Below the pieces are notes generated by a model. It was not told the origin of the DNA, did no database searches, and was given only the letters and a program-made list of their open reading frames with translations. From positions 49,230,001-49,294,000 of the forward strand of contig OZ076409.1 of the NCBI GenBank assembly GCA_964187785.1: 64,000 bases of DNA, given 5' to 3'. Positions within the stretch are counted from its first letter, which is position 1. Every line of letters begins with the position of its first letter. Below, piece after piece: positions 26,829 through 38,000 of the stretch. Origin of the DNA: Amphiscolops sp. MND2022. Taxonomy: Eukaryota. A program made the position numbers and the translations under genes.

Positions 26829-27530
26829 CAGTTGGCAACTGGCGGTCTTATAACACTTTTCCAACAACCAAATTTAATTTCGTCACTCCACTTGAATTCT
26901 TATCAACACAGTTTTTCCTTTAAACACGATGCATTACCATGTTGCACCGTTGAAAAATTGATATAAATATTTCAGAAGTGCCAACATTAGCAGCTTAACT
27001 GGTTTGAAAGGGTGATTTGGTAAGTTTGAAAATGCTAAATTGGGTATAACCACGAAGGTTTTATACTCATTCAGTGATTTCAATTACGTTCAATTAGAGG
27101 CGGATCTGTTCAACTAAAAAAGTAAGGAGGTGCTTCACATAGGAGGTTTCTAACTGGGGTGCTTAAACCTGTATAAATGCCACTTCAATTTACTTTTAAG
27201 TGAGAACGCTGTGGTTTTTGTTAGAGCAAATTTATTCACTGTCTGTAATCGTCGTTCACTCTTATTTTTTAACATGACTCTTTTCTGTTTTCTCCCTCAC
27301 CACCAAAAATTTTTTGGAAAATTAATGAAAATCTGATAACAAAAAGACTTGAATACAAACAAGAAAGCTTCAATTTTAAATTTATTTTCAGGGTGACAGT
27401 TTAGAATTGAGATACAAACTTTGTTCACACTTTTTCCCTATGTAGTCACGCATTTTTGATGAAGAAATCAACAGCTTCCTGTTTTGAGTCATCAATAAAC
27501 ACTAAATACGAACATAATTATAGTCAGAAT

Positions 27531-28826
27531 CAGGCTTGCCCTGGATGAAGTTAAATGCAAATCTTTAAAGATTCTTGCCAATATCTTGCATTTGATGGCT
27601 ATCTTGCAAGATTGTGGACCTAAATTCAAATCTTGCAAGATTTTTCAGAAGTATGCAAATCTTACAAGATATCTTACAAGATTCTTGAAAGAAAAACATT
27701 TTGCTGCAAATATCTGACAATGCAAATCTTGCAAGATGATAAACTAGAATACCAGTCTTGCAAGAATCTTGCAAGACAATGCAAATCTTGCAAGACAACA
27801 AATGAGTTATGATAACGTAGTCAACAGCTTCACCAATTGTCGAAAAAAAGATTATTTTTCTCTTGTTTTTGCGTTTTTTTTCCAAAAAATGTACGCCTAT
27901 CATCAATTTAGGTTCGTTCGGCTTGATTTCGAAGTCTCCATTGTGTACGTGATAGAGGGTCATTTGTTTTCCAATGTACTTCATCAAAACTGAGTTTCAA
28001 ATGTCAGTTTTTTATTGCAAAAATTTGGCTTTCAGGGCACATTATTAAAATCACACTTCTAGAGTTTTATTTATTCTAGAGTTTGCATTTTTGGGTCCTT
28101 CACAATTTTAGAAGTGAGACTCTGGCTGTGATGGAGAGTGTCTTTATAAATCGGATCCCTTAATTCCATGAATACTTTTGATTTGAAAATTCAATTCTTT
28201 CAAGATTCTTCGAGAAAATGTATATCTTGCAAGATTATCATTGAAAAAATGTTTATCTTGCAAGATTCTTGCAAGATGTCTTGAAGAAAAATGCATTTTC
28301 TTTAAAGATAAAAATGTAAGAATCTTGCAAGATACGCATTTTTTTGGACTAGGGTGTGCTTTTGTCACGGCGTGAATCGCGTGTAAGATAGCGTGTAATT
28401 GGCCGATTGGATTTTTGCGTGTAATGGCGTGTAAATGAGCGTGAAATCAGCCTTATATTTGAGAGAAATGTAAAATCTCAGAAAATCTACTCACCCGTAT
28501 TATGAAGTATGGTTACTTAGTTGGGTCGCCGGCGGGCGGGCGTCGAGAGAACAAACCCCACTGAGATATTCAATAATTTTCCAAAAAACTTCGGTTTTGG
28601 GGGCAGAAAAGAGCCACTTTTGTTCTTGTTTTTCAACGCTGGAAATTTGTAACTTTAATTTACATCTTTGGATGTATCAATTTTTGAAAAAAAAAACGTA
28701 AAAGTAGCGTGAAATGAGCGTGTATTTAGTCTCTGCGCGTGAAATAGAGCGTGAAATTACGTAAAAATTGCCGTGAAATGCGGCGTGAAAATCGAAGAAA
28801 TTTTCCGTGAAAAACGCACAGGCCTG
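27531..28826. mobile_element. hAT-like MITE nested in the Merlin-like MITE
   Basis: CAGGC...GCCTG termini; perfect 8-bp TSD GTCAGAAT; ~22 bp TIR restored after removing the inner insert; many subterminal GCGTG(A/T)AA motifs. Confidence 0.85.
27539..28354. mobile_element. CCC...GGG MITE with 2-bp TSD (CMC/EnSpm-like) nested in the hAT TIR
   Basis: CCCTGG...CTAGGG, TSD TG; arrays of palindromic TCTTGCAAGA in both subterminal regions. Confidence 0.75.
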
Positions 28827-29099
28827 GTCAGAATGTGTGAACAATGTCTTGTTCAAGCGGAAAACTACTCTAATAGAAGTTGACTTCCTGGTATGAAAAA
28901 AGGTTTTACTTTTAATTAAGCTAGTGTACTACAGTTTTTATAAAAACTTACTTTCAAAAATTTTGGTGGTGGGGGGGCCGAAACAGAAAAGAGCCTTTAA
29001 CAGGAAATGCTCACTGAAAAGAGCCAAAAAGAGCATACATTTCGATTAAAAACGACTTTACATTTTTTTCGTATCTTCTGGTGAAGGAAAAGTGTACAG

Positions 29100-32000
29100 G
29101 AAATCAAACTTGACCTGATCCCATGCAACAAACCGGATCTCTTTGAATCATGGAGGCACACGGGACCCAGACTCAACGGGAGGAACTTCATCACGAAGAA
29201 AGAGAAAGAGCAGCGCAAGAACTGTGCCCTGCAGGTGAAAGAGTTCAGAAAACCCACTGACAAACAGACATATCTTTTCACTGATGAGTCCGAGAGGGTT
29301 GGCGCATTGAGGGAAACCTATTTGGACAATCCCAACATTCGAAAATCCCGATGTGGTTAGCTGTGGAGAAGAACTTTCACCAGAGTCTAGTGTACTGTAT
29401 GAATAGTGACGAAAACTTCAAATTTGGTTTTTGAACTATTACAAAGTTTACAAATCACTGATTATCTATTGTTTTTGGGAGACATTTTTTGTGATGGAAT
29501 CTCTGTGGCACAAAAATACTTTTGTTTTCTATCTATGATTTGTTTTTCTACTCATCGTTTGGGAAACTTCCTTCGAACAAATGAAAGCTTCGTCAGACAC
29601 ACATGAAATTCCATCGCATATAATGAAAAAGTAATCCAATAATGCGATTTATAAAACTTTTATTTTCAGGTAAAAAGCATTATAACCAGATCTACCAGCC
29701 TGAACTGGAGGAGCTCACCCACGGGGAAAGGTACTGCTACGAAAATGGGGTGGCCCAATGTCTGGGCGAGTGGCTAGAGATGGAGCCCAGCCCCGACCCC
29801 AAAGCTCACTTGCTGGACTTCATGAAGGTCAACAAAAACTGCGAGATGCTCGGATTAGTACCTGAACGCGAGTTCGAAACTTACAGGTAAACACTACAAT
29901 GCTAAAAAATGAGGATTTTTCGGACAGAGCAGGAAAGTGAATATTAGGCGACGCCTAAACCCGCCATTTCGTTCTGATTTGTAATTTTTTTACTGTTTAT
30001 GTTTTTTTAAAATCTAACATGATGCTAGTACCATCTATTTCCAAAATGCGGCCCATTTAAAAAAAGATTACCTAATATAATATTTTGATTGACTTGTTCG
30101 TTTAGTTTTTGCAAGATTCGTGGTTTGCGGCGTTTTTAAACAGAAACAAATATTCTCTAGCATAAGAGCAAGCACTTTCGGATAATTCTTTTCCCCAAAT
30201 TCCCCTTCTTAATGGTGCCTAAATTGCATCTGTTTCGCCTAAAAAGGTCACTTTTCATTTGCCACCTAAATAATACTTTCTTACTGATGAGGCCTAATGA
30301 ACATTTTAAAACCTTTTTTCAAACTAAAACTTTAACTTGTGCCATTTCAAACACTTGTAATTTACGTTCACGTGTTTGAAACCGTAACGATATTTCTTGA
30401 AAATAGTCTTCAAATCAAATTATATTTGAACTTTGCAATAATTAAATACAAAATTGCGGTTGCTTCCTAGTAGTGATCTTAGAAGAAAACCGTGTTATCT
30501 TGCTACTTTTTCCACTGAGTGTACCTCCTCATTTTTGGCTCAATGCTGATTTAGTCATGATTTCTTGTACTTTATGTAGAAAATACGTCAGAAACAACAA
30601 AGACTTCAGACAAATAGAGAGAAAAATAACAGGAAGACGCGACCAGACCATCTACTACCCCAAAGACTTGACGTTCGGAAAATGTTCAGAAGAACATGAG
30701 TGTATATACGACATTCTGACCCACAAAGAGGCGAAGGAGTGGCTGAAACAAAGGAAGTTATTGGATGCAGAGATTTGTAAGGAGTTGATTGAGAAGTTCC
30801 GCCAGAAGAGAGATCACGACCTAACGAGGTCAACTGAGCTTAGGTCAGCGCACAATCACTGGATCGCTTGTCCCCCTGCTGAGTCACCGAGAGAACTCAC
30901 TAGACTCAGGAAGAGAGCCAAACCCAAGATCAGCACCACTTGGGATATTGATGTGAGTGTGATACTAACTTACGAAGCTGCAGTTTTTCAGAAGCTTCAA
31001 AATTTGCACTGCAACACTTAAAAAAATTCCAAGTACTTTATTCAGTCAAATGCTTTCATTCCTTCGACTTCTTTCTCAATATGCACCGTGCCAAGTTCTG
31101 TTTTAGAATAGCAGTTTTGTTTTGTTGTTGTCGGCATAACTGCGGAATTATCGGAAGAAGTGAAACCTCAACAGTCGAAAAATCAGTTTTATTTGAAAAA
31201 TTGATCTGAAAACCTAACAGTAGAAACGGTACTCCGACTAAGGACTAAGTGCTGTCCCTATTTTATAAGTGTGGTCCCTGTATATTTTGTCGGATTTATT
31301 ATTATAACGTCGTCAGCTATGTTCACATACCCCAAGTGCCCTAAATGCAGGAGCGAAGCGAAGCGGAGCGACGTGCCACATGGCCATGGCTCAATGTTGC
31401 TACGTGGCGAAGGGAGCGAAGCGATCGAGCCATACAACAAATATGCTAATCTCTTCTAGGGATCACATTTAATCAGGAGTTTTCAGACCGGTTGCATAAA
31501 TTTTGTAGGGACTACACTTAGCCAGGAGTACCGTAAAAACAGCATTTCTCATTCAAATTATGATCAACAATCTGCAATTTTTCATTACATTTACTGACTG
31601 GCTTGAATATCATGCGCAAAATGATCAAATGCATCGTGAACTTTCGATGATTGCTTGATAATATGTAGGAACTATTTTGAGCTTCAGAGGTTTGTTTTTC
31701 ATTTGCACAGTGTTCAGTGCTTAACTTGTTTTGCAGGGGCTCTATTATATTCCTTATGGCAAGGGTTCCTTGAGTATCTTTAAATTAGAATCCTTCTTTC
31801 AGGAGGCACTTACCATTCTGAACTGTCACCCAGAAGCAGACTATAGACTGACCAAATTCTCTCTACCATCGAAACACAACTTGTACTACAACAAGTTGCA
31901 TAACCTCCCTGAGGACATGATTCATATAATCAAAGAGCCGGAAGTGAAGAAGGACGAGGGGTTCGTGGACTACGCTGGAAACACTCTGGAGACTACCAAG

Positions 32001-35000
32001 CTCAAGGATGGCTGCAATGTTGCATGCAAACAATGCAGAAGTCTGCAATGTTGTTGTGCCGGGCTGACGAAAATGGAAGGTAAGTCCAAAAGAGCTTCGT
32101 TGATGTAATTTCTAGAACAGATTCTAGAACTCTAACTGTTGCGATAGCAATACAAATATCGTTAATTTAAAACAAACAAATTATAAGGCAGCTTGGCTCA
32201 GCGGTAGAGTACAAGGCCGGTATTTGACCGGCGTGGGTTCGATTCCCGGACATGGAAAATATTTTTATATTTTGGAAATGTTTCTCTGATTTCGGTAAAA
32301 ATACTCTCGAAAAGGCCTTGCTATTCAGATCAAAAAGTGAGTCATATTCTTTTGTAATTTTGTGATCAAACTTTGAGTTGGCGGTAATTATTCTCTTGTT
32401 TGGTTTTCTCATTGAAAAAGTTGAATAGACGTTTGTGATAGCGAGAATGTGATAGCATTTTCTGCAACAATTTCCGCTATGGTTGGCGTGTTCCGTTCGC
32501 TGAAATACGAACACGATTTGTCAAGTGCAGCCTTATTGGGTCAAGCCGTGCAGAAACTACCCCCAAACATGAGAGAAGCTTGGTCTATGCACACTGTCAA
32601 GAAAGATTGGAGCCGACCAACCCTCTTGGATTTTAACGAATGGTTGAAAGATAAAGCCGAAGCACATGAGAGGATGAAAATCTCAACCACAAAGCCCAAG
32701 AGCGATGAAAGTGCGCAATCAGTTACTCGAACAAAGACTGGTACGAAAGTTTTTGCCGCAACAAGTTCTAGCGCATCTTCAAAAGAATCCAGAACTAAGC
32801 CAAATCAAGTGCAACTAAACTGTAACGTGTGCAAGGATAACCATCCACTGTGGCGCTGTCGCGTGTTCCTTGATAAAACGCCGACCGACAGAGCAAAGAT
32901 TGTTGCCGAAAACAAACTTTGTTTCTCCTGCCTGAAAGGAAACCATTCTTTCCGACAATGTCCGCAACCACGAAAGTGCAACAAAGATGGATGTAACAGC
33001 TCTCATAACACCCTGCTACATGGCGCAGAGAGAGTTTTCCAACCAAAAACGACACCGAAATCGTCCAGTAACCAAGCAACTGGATCGCGTAACCTCAAAA
33101 CAACTGTGAATAAAGCTGGAGAGAGCTCCGGAGTTTGTTCCGTGACCGATGTGAAAGGACTGCTCCAAATTACTGAAGTTGAAGTTCACACTTCGACTAC
33201 TTCCGCCAAGGTATTGGCACTGTGTGACTCAGCCTGCAGTCACTCTTGGATCTCCGAAGATCTCGCAACCAAGTTGAACGTAAAGGGCTTACCGACCAAA
33301 CTAACTGTTCATGGCATCAATTCTCAACAAGTTGTTGACACTCAAATAGTTGAGCTTAAGTTGACACCTGTTCATTCGGGTGGCTCTTGCTCTACTTTCG
33401 ATGTCAAACCTTACGTCAGAAAAAACTTGCATGTTGGAAACGATGTCATTGATGTTGACCAATTGAAGCAACAGTACCCTCATTTGGAGCCCGTCGCTCT
33501 AAGCAAGTACACTTATGGAGACGTCGAAATGATACTGGGTCAAGACGTGTTCCACTCAATCCGCCCGTTGGAGTATTTTGAATCCGACCGAAAAAATACC
33601 CCAATTGCCGTCCGATTACCGTTGGGTTGGGTTTTGAGTGGACCATTACCTTCGACTACAGGACTCGTCTCGACTTGCTTCAAAGCTGTCACGCAAAGCG
33701 AGGCTGACTCCAAGTTGGCCGATCAACTTCGGAGTTGGTTAGAAATGGAGTCGTTTGCTGCAATGAAACAAATAGACCCGCGCTCTGCTGACGATGCTAG
33801 AGCGTCGAAGATTTTGCAAGAAACAACATATCATGACGGATGCCGATATCAGGTCGGTATGTTGTGGGCTGATGACGAGAGTAGTCTCCCGAACAACTAT
33901 TTTTCAGCCTTAGTGCAATTGAAATCCCTTGAACGCCGACTCGAAAAAACTCCTGAACTGAAAGCGAGTTACGCTCAGACCATTAAGGACGACTTCGACA
34001 AGGGATACATCGTTCAAGTCGACAAGTCAGACTGTTTCAGAATTGACAATCCGCGTGAGTGGTATCTACCGCACCACCCAGTGTTCCACCCTCACAAGCC
34101 AGGAAAAGTACGCCGTGTACTCAATGGTGCAGCGAAATTTCATGGTGTTTCACTGAACAGCAAACTTTTAACTGGTCCTGACTTGTTGCAAACGTTAATC
34201 CATGTGCTCATGCGATTCCGACAACATCCCTATGCTGTATCCGCTGACATCGAGGGAATGTTTTTACAAGTTGGTGTGATCCCTGAAGACCGACCGTCTC
34301 TTCGTTTTCTGTGGCGGGAGGACCCAGCAACAGACGTCGCTGTGTACCAATACGTACGTCACATCTTCGGTTCGAAGGATTCGCCAACGTGTGCCAACTA
34401 CGCTTTGCAACAGACTGCTCGTGACAACCGAATCCAATTTCTTGAAGCCGCCAACAGTGTCGAAAACAATTTTTACATGGACGATTATCTTGAATCAAGC
34501 CCCACCGTCAACGAAGCCACCAAGAAGGCTCAAGATCTTGTTGAAATGTTGGCCAAAGGTGGTTTCAACCTAAGGTGGTTCAAAGGTGGTTTGTCAGTAA
34601 TGTTCCAGGTTTGGTGAAAATTGTCGACCCGAAATATCAACTGCCTGCCGAATCGAACGAGAAAGTCTTAGTAACAAATGAAGAGACCTCGCATGTTTTG
34701 GGTTTGAAATGGAACCATAGTCGTGACACCTTGGTTGTCAGCAGAGGAACTACACCTGACTTGAATCGACCAGTAACACAGCGTGTTGTCCTTAGTTTAG
34801 TGTCCGCGGTGTATGATCCCATTGGTCTTGCGGCACCATATACTGTAACAGCCCGCCTTTTGTTGAAAGACATTTGGCGCCTGAGTGGGCAACAATGGGA
34901 CAACAATCTGCCTGACAACGTTAGCAAAAAGTTTCTTGAATGGGCTGCAGAGCTCCCCAATTTGAGCGAAATAACCATTCCGAGATGTTATTTTCGTGGA

Positions 35001-38000
35001 ACCATGAGAAGTGTTGAGTTACACGTTTTCGGCGACAGCTCTCAAGATGTCTTTGCCGCTGTTGCTTTCCTCCGTGCGCGAGTGAGCCGCAACGAGAGGA
35101 CTGAAACCCAGTTAGCCTTTGTCTTTGGGAAAGCTCGTGTTGCCCCGATGAAAGCGCTCACAATAACGAAATTGGAACTCCAAGCCGCACTCTTAGCAGC
35201 CCGACTGAAGGATGAAGTTCAACAAGCACTCACGGTACCTGTTGAGCGAACGTTCATGTGGACCGATAGTACAACTGTGCTCCAATGGCTCCATTCCATT
35301 GACAAAAAACCCGTATTTGTCGCCAACAGAGTTGCCGAAGTTCTTGAGTTGACGACAGTTGACGAATGGAACCACGTGCCAACAGCCGACAACCCGGCAG
35401 ACGCGGGCACGCGCGGTCTGCCGGCAAAAGCCCTTTTCGACAGTTCTTGGCTCAAAGGTCCCAAGTTCTTGATGACTCCTGATTGGCCTTTTCAGCCGTC
35501 GGAAGAGATCTTGAAAACTAAATTGAAAAACTATGATTCCAATGAAATCAACGCCGACTCAGTCTACCAAGAGACAACAGCAAATACCGCAAGTGTAACT
35601 CCTAATGTCCTAACTCTCGAATGGCAAAGGTACAGCTCGTACGAGAAACTTTTGCGCATTGTTGCATTCATTTTGCGTATTTTGCCGAGATTCTCTGGTA
35701 ACAGAACTAAAACAGGAGCAATTACTGATCCTGTCGAGCTTGAAAGTGCTGAACAAAAATTGTTCTTCTTGGTACAGTCCGAAACGTTCCCGAACGAAAC
35801 AAAAAATCTGCTGAAGACTTGTTCATTGAGCAAGCCTTCAGTTATAAAAGATTTCTCCCCCTTTATCGGTCCAAACGGCCTTCTCCGTGCTCAAGGTCGA
35901 ACAAAACATCTGGAAATTGCCAACTTTGACGTCAAACACCCTATTTTACTCGATAGCCGGCACCCCGCAGTTCGTTTATTTTTAGAACATCTTCATGAGA
36001 AACACTGCCATCAAGGCGTCGAGTACTTGAGAGCCTTGATACAACAGAAGTTTGCCATTGTCAAACTGCGAACGACCTTAAGAACGATCCAAACCAGATG
36101 CGTAACATGTCGCAAACGTAAAGCGGAAACGCTGACCCCGATTATGGCAGATCTGCCAAAAGAACGCTTGGCCTTTTCATCGCGACCTTTTACAAATACT
36201 GGCTTGGACTACTTTGGCCCCTTCTACGTCTCCGTTAAACGCTCCACAGAGAAGCGGTGGGGATTTCTCTTCACATGTCTTACAACTCGCGCTGTCCATT
36301 TCGAAGTTGTGCCATCAATGGACACCAGCAGTTGCGTCATGGGAATTGAGAGATTTGTTTCACGTAGGGGCATCCCTTCTGTTATCTTGTCAGACAATGG
36401 GACTAATTTCGTTGCGTCAGAGAAAGAACTCCTCCAGAACGTTCTCAAGTGGAATCAACAGTCAATTGCTGAGTCTATGGTAAAGAAAGGTGTCAGGTGG
36501 AAGTTTAATCCTCATAGTGCTCCACACCATGGCGGTGTCTGGGAAAGGCTAGTGAGAAGTTTTAAGCATACTTTCTATGCGATACTCGGCAACCGACGCT
36601 TGACTGACGAAATTCTAACAACGGTGTTTTGTCTTGTGGAGCAGAGCCTCAACGCTCGTCCGCTGATTCCAGCAAGCGCAGATGCAACTGACTTGGATGC
36701 TTTGACACCTAACCACTTCTTGCTTGGAACAGCTGGATCGTCTCTACCGTCCCATTCTAACTGTGATTTCGACCACCGCAAGCGATATGCACGCGCCCAA
36801 GCTTATTCTGACGCTATCTGGAACAGGTGGCTTAAAGAGTACGTGCCGACTTTGAATCGTCGCTCAAAGTGGTGCACACAGTCCAACAGGCAATTGAAAA
36901 CCGGAGATCTCGTTTGGATTGTAGAACCCACTAACCCGAGAGGCTACTACCCTCTCGCACGTGTCATCAAACTCCATTTTGGCAGCGATGCTGTCGCTCG
37001 CTCTGCCGAAGTTAAAACCACGTCTGGAAACCTTGTCCGTCCGGTCGTGAAACTAGCCCCAGTCCTTCCTTCCCCTGATTTAATTGATTTATCATAATCC
37101 ATTTTAATTGTACTTAACTTTTGAACCACATGTATCTTCAAAATATGTATCATGAATTTTCATTCCAAACTGATTATGGAAAACATGAAAATAAAATCGA
37201 GAAAAAAGTTTGTTTTTGACATTTTAACATTTTTCATCTTCTTGGGCCCGGAGGATGTTGCGATAGCAATACAAATATCGTTAATTTAAAACAAACAAAT
37301 TATAAGGCAGCTTGGCTCAGCGGTAGAGTACAAGGCCGGTATTTGACCGGCGTGGGTTCGATTCCCGGACATGGAAAATATTTTTATATTTTGGAAATGT
37401 TTCTCTGATTTCGGTAAAAATACTCTCGAAAAGGCCTTGCTATTCAGATCAAAAAGTGAGTCATATTCTTTTGTAATTTTGTGATCAAACTTTGAGTTGG
37501 CGGTAATTATTCTCTTGTTTGGTTTTCTCATTGAAAAAGTTGAATAGACGTTTCTTCTCATCCAAATCTTTGGCATCAATCAAAAGATTTTACACTAACA
37601 GTCAGGAATTTGTTAAACCGTGAATGAATAAAGCAACGTTTTTGAAGGAAAACTGTGAAATTTATCACTATTGAGTATTATCACGCCAATACAGAACCGC
37701 ACTACAAAAATTAGCAGAAACGAATAAAAATTTACGCTGTGGGTGGCATTTGAGGGCCCTACCATTTGAGGCACTTTCAAAATTTTCCCAAAATGACTAA
37801 AGCTACGAATTTTGTATTTTTTTGTCGTTCAATACTGTCGAAAAGCTTCTATAGATATATAGTTTGAGCATAAAGTTCGAACAAGGCAAAATTTGGAAGG
37901 AAACGCGGCTTAGAGGTTAACTTTCACATAAAATATGATCGGAAAATAACAAAGTGTCGCTACATGAAGTACACAATTCCCATTGTTTTTTCATCGCAGT

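Larger units (their letters stand above)
27276..28995. mobile_element. Second copy of the Merlin-like MITE (opposite orientation), host to nested insertions
   Basis: Same TIRs; TSD TTTAACAT/TTTAACAG; internal parts are the reverse complement of 26193-26618. Confidence 0.85.
32137..37594 (+). mobile_element. Young BEL/Pao LTR retrotransposon with a 5' internal deletion, inside intron 4 of the gene
   Basis: TGTTG...TTACA termini; perfect 5-bp TSD CTAAC; LTRs appear identical over 298 bp; PPT-like GGGCCCGGAGGA; domain order gag-PR-RT-RH-IN. Confidence 0.95.

Noticed and set aside
32187..32260. Functional tRNA gene
   Set aside because: The acceptor stem does not pair and there is no 7-nt anticodon loop; kept only as a tRNA-like module.
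34575..34617. Programmed ribosomal frameshift in BEL pol
   Set aside because: It falls inside RT, BEL elements normally have one ORF, and the site is a local sequence duplication.
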